Part shown: positions 9,957-18,686 of the stretch, piece after piece
Numbering within the stretch: position 1 is the stretch's first letter
Layout of the letters: every line of letters starts with the position of its first letter
Origin: an uncultured Candidatus Saccharibacteria bacterium
Lineage (GTDB): Bacteria; Patescibacteriota; Minisyncoccia; 2-02-FULL-40-12; GWA2-44-9
Assembly: GCA_964436165.1 (NCBI GenBank)
Contig: CAYTBY010000001.1
Span: 6,777 to 70,776 of the forward strand
Length of the DNA: 64,000 nt
Reading direction: 5' to 3'
The notes under the pieces: model-generated
Told to the model about the DNA's origin: nothing
The model's input: the letters and a program-made list of their open reading frames with translations, nothing else
Database searches by the model: none
Translations under genes and position numbers: made by a program

Positions 9957-10020
9957 TTTTCCCTTAATTTTAAAGTTCTTGTCGTGTTATACCTTAAACT
10001 TCAAGTTTTGGCAAATTAAC

Positions 10021-10048
10021 CCCCACACTCATACATGAGTGTGTGGGG
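10021..10048. promoter_or_regulatory. Near-perfect palindrome CCCCACACTCAT-ac-ATGAGTGTGTGGGG just upstream of the radical SAM gene 1 start (minus strand)
   Basis: Inverted repeat read directly from the sequence. The same arms recur at 39576..39643, flanking a 66-bp AT-rich spacer. Confidence 0.4.
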
Positions 10049-10050
10049 TT

Positions 10051-10076
10051 AAAAAGCCCCACCTATTTAGCGGGGC
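10051..10076 (-). terminator. Rho-independent terminator for the aldo/keto reductase operon
   Basis: GCCCCAC-ctatttag-CGGGGC hairpin preceded on the plus strand by aaaaa, which is a T-run on the minus strand. Confidence 0.5.
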
Positions 10077-10108
10077 TTGGTTTAGAAGCCGTCTGAGAAG
10101 TCCATATT

Positions 10109-11059
10109 CTACTTAACAAAAAACTCATTATTGTCTTTGTATATTTTACGGATTTGTTCCACCGTCCCTTGGCTTAGAGGCGGTAAATTTGAGACAACAG
10201 TATTTTCTAAAACATCACTTACCGTAAGCAGGCCGGGGATGACAGTGCTTACTCCGTCAGCACTTAAGCAATAACGCAAGGCCAACATGGCTAACGGATG
10301 TTCTGGGTCAACTTCTGATAGTAACCGAGCGGCTTTTTGCCAGGACTCCCTCTGTTTCATCGGCCAAACCGATCTGTGGTCCTGCGGACCAAAGTTCAGA
10401 TCCATAGTTTTTCCATTATCGGTAAGAAAGCCGAAATTTAAGGGCGTGCGTGCAATAATTCCTACGCCTTGATTCCTAGCCTTTTCTATGAGGCCGTTAT
10501 CAATCGCTCTCTGGTCAATCATGCTTAGGTTGGCCTGGATAGAAGCAAATAGGCTGTATTTTAGCGCTAGAAGACCCTGATTAGGATGTTTAACCGAAAC
10601 ACCGAAAGCTTTGACCAGTCCTCGGGTTTTTAATTCCAGCAAGGCGTCAACGATGTCGTCCATGGGCAAATTTTGAATGTCCGGATTATGAAGCTGGTAA
10701 AGATCGACATAACCTGTTCCTAGATTCTCCAGACTTCTTTGAAGGGTGGCGGTAATATTTTGTCTCGAAAAATTTTGGGGAGTGTGGTGTTCCAGAAATC
10801 CAACCTTGGTGCCGATGACTACTTGGCCGCGGCAGTGCCTAAAGGTCTTTCCAATGAGGTTTTCGCTATGGCCATAGACTCCGGCAGTATCGTAGTAAGT
10901 TACTCCCTGATCAAACGCCTTTTCCAGGGTTTTTTGAGATTCGTTGTCGTCGGTCGGTCCGTAAGAGGTAGGACCGGGAGTTACACCGCCGATGCCCCAA
11001 CCGCCAAATCCGATTTCTGATACCATAATCCCGGTTGATCCGAAAGGACGATATTTCAT
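10109..11059 (-). CDS. Aldo/keto reductase family oxidoreductase
   Basis: N-terminus MKYRPFGSTGIMVSEIGFGGWGIGG. It has AKR-type YDTA..YG and a C-terminal block. Confidence 0.8.
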   Translation of the reverse strand: MKYRPFGSTGIMVSEIGFGGWGIGGVTPGPTSYGPTDDNESQKTLEKAFDQGVTYYDTAGVYGHSENLIGKTFRHCRGQVVIGTKVGFLEHHTPQNFSRQNITATLQRSLENLGTGYVDLYQLHNPDIQNLPMDDIVDALLELKTRGLVKAFGVSVKHPNQGLLALKYSLFASIQANLSMIDQRAIDNGLIEKARNQGVGIIARTPLNFGFLTDNGKTMDLNFGPQDHRSVWPMKQRESWQKAARLLSEVDPEHPLAMLALRYCLSADGVSTVIPGLLTVSDVLENTVVSNLPPLSQGTVEQIRKIYKDNNEFFVK

Positions 11060-11859
11060 GCGATTCTCGCTTTGGAATTTCCACCATCAAGTAAAATCCA
11101 TTGTCCGGTAACAAAGTTAGCTTGTTTGGAAGCAAGGAAAACCGTCCAGTTTGCGGCATCTTCCTCCGTGCCCTGTCTGCCCATTGGAATTTTACTCACG
11201 ACTTCTTTCGTCATGATCTCGCGCGCTTCCGCAACCGAGATATTCTTAGTTTGCGCCCGATCCCTGACGTCTCTCTCCCAGGTATCACAAGTTAATGAGT
11301 GGGGTGCAATTGCATTGACACAGATGCCCTTGGGCGCAAGTTCGTTGGACCAACGTTTATTTAAGAAATCCATAGCCGATTTAGCGGCGCCGTAGTGAGG
11401 ATTGTTCCAGCCTGGTTCGCGGGTGCATTTTGTGCTGACATTTATAATTCTTGCTTGATCAGATTTTTCTAAGAGTGGGATGCTAAATTCAGTGAACCAC
11501 TGCATACTCAGAGTATTTAATTTATACATATTGATCCATTGTTCTTCGGTAAGGCCATAAAGCTGAAGTGGTTTTTCGGTACCGCCACCGATGTTGTTCA
11601 CGAGGATATCGAGTTTGTCGATGTTGCCCAGGAATCCTCGAACCTCTTCACGGTTTGTTCCATCAACACACTTGGAATGAACACTGCCTTCGAAGCCCAT
11701 GGCAGCAATTTCTTTATGGGTTCTCTTAAGTTTTTCAAGCCCCCTGGCGCATAAAATTATATCGCAGCCCTCTTTAGCTAAAGCGATTGCGCATGTCTTG
11801 CCTATACTTTGGCTTGAGCCGGTAATAAGAGCTGTCCTACCTTTTAGTCCAAGATCCAT
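11056..11859 (-). CDS. Short-chain dehydrogenase/reductase (classical SDR)
   Basis: ALITGSSQSIGK is a TGxxxGIG motif. NNIG is an NNAG-like motif. Catalytic motif HYGAAKSAM (YxxxK). Confidence 0.8.
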   Translation of the reverse strand: MDLGLKGRTALITGSSQSIGKTCAIALAKEGCDIILCARGLEKLKRTHKEIAAMGFEGSVHSKCVDGTNREEVRGFLGNIDKLDILVNNIGGGTEKPLQLYGLTEEQWINMYKLNTLSMQWFTEFSIPLLEKSDQARIINVSTKCTREPGWNNPHYGAAKSAMDFLNKRWSNELAPKGICVNAIAPHSLTCDTWERDVRDRAQTKNISVAEAREIMTKEVVSKIPMGRQGTEEDAANWTVFLASKQANFVTGQWILLDGGNSKARIA

Positions 11860-11918
11860 TTTTCCCCTCTTTTCAAAGTTCTTGGCGCGTATTGTATTTT
11901 ATTTATTACAATATGTCA

Positions 11919-12000
11919 ATCCCGTTAGAGGTCCGGCCTGCCTGAAAGGCATGGCCGGCAGACGATCCGTCAAAGGCGGACGTCTTACCTCTAACGGGAT
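11919..12000 (-). other. Structured ~82-bp element. A 14-bp outer inverted repeat (ATCCCGTTAGAGGT / ACCTCTAACGGGAT) encloses nested hairpins. Possible cis-regulatory RNA or attenuator between the transketolase operon and the SDR/AKR genes.
   Basis: Inverted repeats read directly. The inner hairpin is CCGGCC-tgcctgaaaggca-TGGCCGG. It lacks a tRNA T-loop. Confidence 0.3.
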
Positions 12001-12004
12001 CAAG

Positions 12005-12026
12005 TAAAAAAGGCCCTTTCAGGCCT
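12005..12026 (-). terminator. Terminator overlapping the stop of the transketolase C-subunit gene
   Basis: aaaaaa + AGGCC-ctttca-GGCCT. On the minus strand this reads as a hairpin followed by TTTTTT. Confidence 0.4.
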
Positions 12027-12951
12027 TTCGATATAAATCCATAATTTGTTGAGCTACTGCTTCCGCATTTAATTTATAACAGCCCAGCATGTATTGATGG
12101 CTACCGGTGCGGTGATTGTATTCGTCAGGAATGCCCAGGCATCTGAAAAGCGGTTTTTTCTTGTAGTCATATTCACAAATAATCCTAGCGATACTTTCTC
12201 CTAGTCCACCGATGACATTGTGTTCTTCTAAGACAAATATCATATTTCTTGTTCGAACCGATTTTTCAATAAGCTCCTTGTCCAGCGGCTTTATTGTATG
12301 AATATTTATTACTTCTGTGCTAATTCCATGCTGTTCAAGAATATCACTGGCAGAAACAGCTTCTCTGACCATTGTGCCTGTAGCAAAGATTGTTATATTT
12401 TCTCCATGTTTAACAACTAATCCTTTACCGATTTCGAGACTATATTCTTTTTCGGCATTCGGTTCTCCGCCCTTGCCGATTCGCAGGTAGGCAGGATGAG
12501 ATGCGGTCAGAATGTATTTCGTGATTAACCGTGCTTCAAGCGGGTTCGAGGGGGAGTATATATGCATGTTTGGCAATGCTTTCATTGCGGCAATATCTTC
12601 AATGGCATGATGAGTGCAACCGCAAGTCGAATAAGCATAACCGGCGGCTACTCCGATAACCACAACCCCGACATTTTGATAACAGACATCTACTTTAATC
12701 TGTTCAAGACATCGCAGTGTGGCAAATGGGGCAATGGAATAAACAAAAACTCTATTTCCAGAAAGGGCAAGACCGGCGGCAATACTAATCATATTCTGTT
12801 CAGCGATGCCGACGTTTACATACTGATATTTATCTTGCAAGTTTTTTCTGAAATCATCCAAGTGAGCATGACCCAGGTCGCCAGTTAAAAATACAATCTT
12901 GGGATCGGCAAGCGCGGCTTGGTAGATTGTCTTTATTACTTCAAATCTCAT
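12019..12951 (-). CDS. Transketolase, C-terminal (pyrimidine-binding) subunit of a split transketolase
   Basis: GIAEQNMISIAAGLALSG and a C-terminal transketolase fold. It is coupled by an ATGA overlap to the N-subunit gene. Confidence 0.8.
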   Translation of the reverse strand: MRFEVIKTIYQAALADPKIVFLTGDLGHAHLDDFRKNLQDKYQYVNVGIAEQNMISIAAGLALSGNRVFVYSIAPFATLRCLEQIKVDVCYQNVGVVVIGVAAGYAYSTCGCTHHAIEDIAAMKALPNMHIYSPSNPLEARLITKYILTASHPAYLRIGKGGEPNAEKEYSLEIGKGLVVKHGENITIFATGTMVREAVSASDILEQHGISTEVINIHTIKPLDKELIEKSVRTRNMIFVLEEHNVIGGLGESIARIICEYDYKKKPLFRCLGIPDEYNHRTGSHQYMLGCYKLNAEAVAQQIMDLYRKA

Positions 12952-13856
12952 TGGACACCCCCATTCAACTCTTTTTTAGCCCTCTCGTATTCTTCCGGGC
13001 TTGGGCATTTGCCATGCCAGATATAATCGTCTTCCATGAATGGGACACCCTTACCCTTTATTGTCTGGGCAATTATCGCCAGAGGATTTCTCTCTCTATC
13101 CAAAGCCTCTTTTATCTGGGGGAAAGAGTGGCCGTCTATTTTTTTTACTTGCCAGCCAAAACTCTCGAACTTTTTATCTAGCGGTTCTATGCTTAGAATC
13201 TTATCTGTCTGTCCTAGCGTCTCAAGATTATTATTATCAATAATCAAGACAAGATTGCTAAGTTTATGGAATCCGGCGAACATTAACGCTTCCCAGTTTG
13301 AACCTTCCTGAAGCTCGCCATCGCCCGCAAGAACAAATACTCTTGATGACTTTCCGGCTTTCTTGGCGGCTAAAGCCATGCCAATACCAACCGATAAGCC
13401 ATGGCCAAGGGAGCCATTGGTTGTTTCAACTCCGGGCAAAGCACCACGGGTATTGTGGTCACCGATCGGAGTGCCGTCGCTGCCATATTCCCTCAGTTTC
13501 TCCAATGGAAAATAACCCCTCATTGCCAAAATCGCATACAATGCCACACAAGCGTGGCCTTTGCTTAAAATAAATTTATCCCTGTCTTCCCAATTAGGAT
13601 TTGAAGGATTGATTTTCATGAGGTCTCCGAAATATAGCGCAGTTAATATGTCGACTATAGAAAGAGCGCAGCCAAGATGGGACGACTTAGCTTCAAATAT
13701 CATGTCCAGTATCAGATGTCGGGCCGTTCTTGCCTGTTTGGTCAGGTAGGTATTATTTGTCATTTTACCCCTTGTTTTTTTAACGAACATGTTTAGAAGA
13801 CTATACAACCATATTTTTATCCAGTCAATGAGCGGAGTTGACCCCGCACTTATCAA
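12948..13856 (-). CDS. Transketolase, N-terminal (TPP-binding) subunit
   Basis: HLGCALSIVDILTALYF and SKGHACVALYAIL. GDGELQEGSNWEA is a ThDP-binding GDG...N motif. Confidence 0.8.
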   Translation of the reverse strand: MISAGSTPLIDWIKIWLYSLLNMFVKKTRGKMTNNTYLTKQARTARHLILDMIFEAKSSHLGCALSIVDILTALYFGDLMKINPSNPNWEDRDKFILSKGHACVALYAILAMRGYFPLEKLREYGSDGTPIGDHNTRGALPGVETTNGSLGHGLSVGIGMALAAKKAGKSSRVFVLAGDGELQEGSNWEALMFAGFHKLSNLVLIIDNNNLETLGQTDKILSIEPLDKKFESFGWQVKKIDGHSFPQIKEALDRERNPLAIIAQTIKGKGVPFMEDDYIWHGKCPSPEEYERAKKELNGGVQ

Positions 13857-14032
13857 GCTTTGGCGGTTTGATATTTCTTGATGATGATGGTTTATAAATT
13901 ATTATGATTCTATTAGTAATTATTTGTTTAGCTTATGACCGCGAGGAAATATAAGCTCGATAAGTGACGGGGTTGATTCTTGGCTTTAATTTGATACCAT
14001 AACCCAAGTCCTATTAAGAAAGGAGTTGGTAG

Positions 14033-14731
14033 GTGGAGAAAATTTCATACAAAACAGTTAGTTATAAAAACATAAAAGTAAATTATTTGCCTGAACTTGA
14101 GGGCGGAGGCAGGGGATTTGGGCAAGAGTATATTCGTGTTATTAGGGAAAAAGTTGGAAAAGTTGACCATGTTTTTGAATTTTGCGCCGGGCCGGGATTT
14201 ATAGGTTTTTCTTTACTGGCGCAGGGGCTTTGTAATAGATTGACATTAGCGGATATTAACCCGGAAGCGGTAGGGGCCTGTCAAAAAACCATAGAGGATA
14301 ACGACCTTGAAGACAGAGTCTCTGTTTACTTGTCTGATTGTCTAGACTCAATTCCTGTATCGGAAAAATGGGATTTAGTGGTAAGTAATCCCCCTCATTT
14401 TTGGACCGGATCAGAGGAAGTTCATAAACAGGATATTCGTACGTATGATATTGATTTTAGAGTTCATAGAAAATTTTACCAGGATATTAAGAAATTTCTT
14501 AAACCCGATGGCTCGGTTATAATTCAAGAAAATGGAAATGTTAACCGGCCAGGCTTTACAAGGCTTGAAGATTTTACTTCTATGATCGGGGAAGGAGGTC
14601 TGGAAATTGTGGAAGTTTTTTACGCCAGAGTTATGTCTGTTGAAGAGTGTCTTGGCGGAGGAGGAAGGATGGGGATGGATACTCAACAATCCCAGTTCTA
14701 TTTTATTTGGAGCAAAATAAAAACCGCCTAA
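14033..14731 (+). CDS. Class I SAM-dependent methyltransferase (small-domain/NPPY-like, motif VSNPPHF)
   Basis: FEFCAGPGFIG is SAM motif I. DLVVSNPPHF is an NPPY-like motif IV. It has a GTG start preceded by AGGAG at 14021-14025. Confidence 0.6.
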   Translation: MEKISYKTVSYKNIKVNYLPELEGGGRGFGQEYIRVIREKVGKVDHVFEFCAGPGFIGFSLLAQGLCNRLTLADINPEAVGACQKTIEDNDLEDRVSVYLSDCLDSIPVSEKWDLVVSNPPHFWTGSEEVHKQDIRTYDIDFRVHRKFYQDIKKFLKPDGSVIIQENGNVNRPGFTRLEDFTSMIGEGGLEIVEVFYARVMSVEECLGGGGRMGMDTQQSQFYFIWSKIKTA

Positions 14732-14744
14732 ACATGGCGGTTTT
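14719..14744. terminator. Bidirectional rho-independent terminator between convergent genes
   Basis: AAAACCGCC-taaacat-GGCGGTTTT. Confidence 0.55.
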
Positions 14745-15693
14745 AACTTAAAACAGTTTTTCGTGATATTTCAGAAATGCCCCAAGATTTGTGCGGATCC
14801 GCATTTTCTAGCGTGATCGGGTCGTTAATTGACGACTTAAACGTGATTAATTCTTCTCTGCCGATGTGGCAGAACCTATCATAACTTAACCGAGGATGGG
14901 TGGGATGATACAGTTCGCCGCCCCCGATATTCGCAAAAGAAAGATGGTCAATTGATACGCGCGGTCCGGCGTTCTCCTTAAGGTTTGATTTATGTATTAC
15001 AGAAATGTCGGAAAGATATGTAAAACCAGGTTCAGAGGATTCAAAAACAGGAATCGGGTCGTAGTAGCTAAAATATTCAGCCCCATCGAGAAACTTCAAA
15101 ATCTTTAGCCACCTATCGGAAAAGTTATCCGGTGGTGCATAGTAAGCGCAATTATTATCTTTAGTATCGCCGAAAATAGGCGTAATCGTATTCATACTAT
15201 GAGGCGACTCACCTAGCCAGGCATCAGAATGGGGATTTTCTGTTGAATAAGTTTTTGCCGAATTCTCACTGTTTGCCCATTTGCTTTTCGTCCACTCATC
15301 CTTGTGCCGGATAGTAGTTAGGGCGTAAAAACTGGCTATTAAACCGGTGAAGTTAAAACTCCTCATTATATCCCCGTAAGCTCTGTGAATCATATTATAT
15401 TCTAGAGTCAATTCGCGTTTAGGCAAAAGACAGCCATTATTGTTCTTGTTTTTTAACTCTGCTGATCTTTTGCTGAATTCGGCCATAATATCAGATTCAG
15501 CGGTAAGTACTTTTCTGCTTGGCAAGCATCGAGACATATAAAGCGCCACCGCACATCTTAAGGAATCAAATAGGTCGGGCTGTATTTTTAGTTTAAGAAT
15601 AAGCGGCGAAGGTCTTGCGCAGTCCGTTCTCGAAGCTAATTCGTCAAATCTGGCAATGCGTTTTTTGAGGTCTTCGGTCATTTTTCCTCCCAT
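14743..15693 (-). CDS. Hypothetical protein (316 aa)
   Basis: ORF with no recognisable motif. It overlaps the next gene by 16 nt and lies inside the sugar locus. Confidence 0.3.
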   Translation of the reverse strand: MGGKMTEDLKKRIARFDELASRTDCARPSPLILKLKIQPDLFDSLRCAVALYMSRCLPSRKVLTAESDIMAEFSKRSAELKNKNNNGCLLPKRELTLEYNMIHRAYGDIMRSFNFTGLIASFYALTTIRHKDEWTKSKWANSENSAKTYSTENPHSDAWLGESPHSMNTITPIFGDTKDNNCAYYAPPDNFSDRWLKILKFLDGAEYFSYYDPIPVFESSEPGFTYLSDISVIHKSNLKENAGPRVSIDHLSFANIGGGELYHPTHPRLSYDRFCHIGREELITFKSSINDPITLENADPHKSWGISEISRKTVLS

Positions 15694-16253
15694 GAGATTG
15701 CTTCACGAGTTCGGAGACTGTCGTCTGTTTCCTCCGGATCATGTCTAAAAATATATAACTGACCATCGCGGGTATCAAAGTAAACGGCTGGAACATATCC
15801 CCTAAAATCCCGAGTGGCATCACAGCGAGTAATATTTACAACATCCAGGTATTGACCGTCTGTCATCCAGGTAAACCACCTGCCCAACAAGAGGCGTTCA
15901 ATTAGCGTACTCCCATTGATGCCATCGGATTGGATATGGTTAGCTGATTTGTTTTTATATTTTTCCTCCGGCTCAACCCCATCACGAAACCAGGTTGTAT
16001 AGGTGCCTTTGTCAGCCGACCTAACCGATTTAGTAATTAAGTCTATATTATCATTCGTCCATCGCCAGACTGGGCATATGTCAGAGTAGCTGCAGATGAT
16101 TTGTTCAATCGTCAATGATTGGGGCATAACTACTCCCCAGCGAAAATCTGGGTGAGTTTTTGGAATTTTGATTGTGTCTTGAGCCGGCAAGCCTATCTTA
16201 AAAACTTCCCATAAAAATTTAGTCTGATTATCAAGGAATATTTCGATGTCCAA
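15678..16253 (-). CDS. Hypothetical protein (191 aa)
   Basis: ORF only. Confidence 0.3.
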   Translation of the reverse strand: MDIEIFLDNQTKFLWEVFKIGLPAQDTIKIPKTHPDFRWGVVMPQSLTIEQIICSYSDICPVWRWTNDNIDLITKSVRSADKGTYTTWFRDGVEPEEKYKNKSANHIQSDGINGSTLIERLLLGRWFTWMTDGQYLDVVNITRCDATRDFRGYVPAVYFDTRDGQLYIFRHDPEETDDSLRTREAISWEEK

Positions 16254-16306
16254 GACCCCCTCACTTTGTTAATGTTCTATCCTCAATAGTATGAGCTTTA
16301 TTTTAA

Positions 16307-16470
16307 AAGTCAAATTAGGACTTACGCGCTTGGGCTTTAAGAGCCCCAAAGCCAGCAAGCCCTAAAGGGTTTGGCCAATTTCTTCGTTAAAATCTCCGCT
16401 TAATCCTCGCCATACTTCTAGTATGGCTCGGCTTAATGCTCGATTTTGCCTCGAACTTGGCCAAACGCGT
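16307..16470. mobile_element. MITE-like structured repeat, copy A. The TA-flanked terminal inverted repeat is GGACTTACGCG...CGCGTAAGTCC. The interior is divergent.
   Basis: Termini are identical to the copies at 20930..21142 and 49451..49632. Intergenic. Contains internal palindromes, for example CCATACT-tct-AGTATGG. Confidence 0.45.
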
Positions 16471-16482
16471 AAGTCCTACTTC

Positions 16483-16501
16483 TAATTAAAAATCCCCGTA
16501 T
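16483..16501 (-). terminator. Terminator downstream of radical SAM gene 2
   Basis: AATCCCC-gtata-GGGGATT, with a T-run on the minus strand. Confidence 0.45.
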
Positions 16502-16507
16502 AGGGGA

Positions 16508-18580
16508 TTAAAAATGTCCGGCGATTTGAACAACGGCCTTACTGCCGTAAAGATAGGCACTTCTTTTACTGCCATACCAGACAACAAATCGGCACCAATC
16601 TTCCCAAGAATTCCATTGATCGGTATTGTAATCGATTGTAATCACCGATCCCCGTTTTTCCAACTGGATTGGTTCAGATCTAACCGCTGCTTTATAAAAT
16701 TCCCAAATATTATATGTTAGCGGCACTTCACGGTTACCGGTACGGAAAGGAAGTTTGAGCATATGTTCATTAAGTTCCACGGCTTCTCTTATCGCATCCC
16801 GATATTCACTCTTACCGTATCTGTCTAATAAAGATTCCAAGGCGCGATATGCTTCTTGGTAGAATGCAGAAAGATTCCCGTTAGTCGCGAGGTCTATTAG
16901 CATATATTCATCGGAGGGCCACCACATGTCAAGCCATTGGCTTGAATGGCAGAACTCTTCACCGCCCAGCTGAATTGACTGCGCTTTCTCAATAAAGAAC
17001 TGGTGAATTTTGTTAAGAATAGGGAAGTCAGCAGGTTGGCCAAACTGTCCTTCGGAAAAAAGCTCAATGAGTTTACTGTAACTTGCGCCGGTAAGCTCAT
17101 GGGTTAGGACCATCGGAATTTGAAATACTTTGTCAAAATGTAAAAATGCTGCGGTCCAGCTGAATGCGCGGACACGGACCCAATCTTCGCGCGGCATGGA
17201 TTTAGTGGTAATAACCATTTCTTGGTATTCAGGAACATCGTTTTCAATCTCTTTCCGGTTACCATGAATGTTAATTGTGCGTGCTTCAACCGTCTCCATG
17301 CCGAACTTTTCCCGATAGCTGGGATCAGCCATTTCAGCATTGGGTAAAATGGTTAAAATATAGAATAAAATTCTATCATGTAATCCGTTTCTGATGAGTT
17401 GATCTACGCCGTTGGTAAATGAGTCGTATGTTTCTCCCGGTAATCCGAGGACGATATCGGTAAAAGATGACACGCCATCGAGTTTCATTCTCTGCTGAAT
17501 TTCCTGATATGAGTCAAGACTGATGTTGTCCCGCTTGATATCTCTAAGAGTTCCAGGATCCATTGATTGCATTGAGAGCGAGGCTCCGGCAGCAAGTCCG
17601 GCTTCAGCAAAAATTTTCTGTACTTCATAAGAACGATCGGTTGCATTTTTCGTGTTTGAAACGGTAATTGAAGTCGGATAGCCGGTTCGTTTTCGAGTTT
17701 CAGCGCAGTATCTGGCTATATCAATATCTCGGGGAAGAATTCCTAAGTTTGCGTCAGCTAAGAAAATAAATTCAACTTTGTGATCTGCGAACCAATCCAT
17801 TTCTCTATATACTCGTTCCATCTCCCATTTATAAACCTTGGATGCTATCGCGGAACCCCAATCGCAAAATGTGCATGAAAATGGACAACCGCGATTTGTT
17901 TCCCAAACAGTAATCCATTTGATGTCGGGATTAGCCTTGATTATAGGTTCAAAAGTGCCCTCAAGGTATGGTGAAGGTAGTTCGTCAAGCTCTTTAAGAC
18001 GGGCGATTCTTTCGGTCTGAACAATGTATCTATCCTTATCTAAATAACTGATTGACGGAATCTTTCCCCAGTCCCCATATATATTTTCCAGGAGCAGTGA
18101 AAAAGGTCTTTCGCCCTCACCATGGCAAGCGATATCAATATAAGAGTTATCTCGTAAGTAGGCCTCTGTTCTTGCTAATGCGGGATCGCTTGAGTTTGGT
18201 TGATTTTTTTTCAAACTGCTAATCGTAATCGGAAGCTGTTTATTTTGTATGTGTGATTTATATTTATCCGGCACATGGGGCCCGCCTACCACAATAACAA
18301 TGTTCGGCTTTCTTGCCTTTAGCTCTTTGGCTATTGCAAGAGATAACTGATTATTCCAGACATAAAGACTGAAGCATGCGATATTGGAAGATATTAATTT
18401 TTTGACAGCTGAATCTACCGATTCTCGCGTAAAAATCGGAGAAAGGAATTGAAACCTGTCAATATTGGGAAGATTTTTACGCGCGTATGCTTCCAGAAGC
18501 CCAACGGAATACGGCAAATAGCTTGCTCCGGAAAAACCGGCGTTTATTTGGCATAAACCGACGGTAATTTTTTGATTCAT
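16508..18580 (-). CDS. B12-binding-domain radical SAM enzyme (690 aa, paralog 2)
   Basis: CPFSCTFC motif. Colinear with 7809..9956 from the N-terminus to the C-terminal ...WYGSKRSAYLYG. Confidence 0.75.
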   Translation of the reverse strand: MNQKITVGLCQINAGFSGASYLPYSVGLLEAYARKNLPNIDRFQFLSPIFTRESVDSAVKKLISSNIACFSLYVWNNQLSLAIAKELKARKPNIVIVVGGPHVPDKYKSHIQNKQLPITISSLKKNQPNSSDPALARTEAYLRDNSYIDIACHGEGERPFSLLLENIYGDWGKIPSISYLDKDRYIVQTERIARLKELDELPSPYLEGTFEPIIKANPDIKWITVWETNRGCPFSCTFCDWGSAIASKVYKWEMERVYREMDWFADHKVEFIFLADANLGILPRDIDIARYCAETRKRTGYPTSITVSNTKNATDRSYEVQKIFAEAGLAAGASLSMQSMDPGTLRDIKRDNISLDSYQEIQQRMKLDGVSSFTDIVLGLPGETYDSFTNGVDQLIRNGLHDRILFYILTILPNAEMADPSYREKFGMETVEARTINIHGNRKEIENDVPEYQEMVITTKSMPREDWVRVRAFSWTAAFLHFDKVFQIPMVLTHELTGASYSKLIELFSEGQFGQPADFPILNKIHQFFIEKAQSIQLGGEEFCHSSQWLDMWWPSDEYMLIDLATNGNLSAFYQEAYRALESLLDRYGKSEYRDAIREAVELNEHMLKLPFRTGNREVPLTYNIWEFYKAAVRSEPIQLEKRGSVITIDYNTDQWNSWEDWCRFVVWYGSKRSAYLYGSKAVVQIAGHF

Positions 18581-18663
18581 TAATTTTTGCCCATCCTTTA
18601 AATTTTAAAGAGCAATTTGTAGTACTTATAACACATATCATATAACTCGTCTATAAAGGGCAT

Positions 18664-18686
18664 AAAAAAGAGCCTCCTCGGCTCTT
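18664..18686 (-). terminator. Terminator overlapping the stop of the SDR gene
   Basis: aaaaaa + AGAGCC-tcct-CGGCTCT. Confidence 0.45.

Noticed and set aside
9957-10108. Possible small ncRNA between radical SAM gene 1 and the aldo/keto reductase gene
   Set aside because: The region is adequately explained by a terminator hairpin plus a promoter-associated palindrome. It has no independent conserved structure.
11919-12000. Possible tRNA in the structured intergenic element
   Set aside because: No GTTC T-loop, no anticodon-arm geometry, and no CCA or acceptor pairing. The element is a symmetric inverted repeat, not a cloverleaf.
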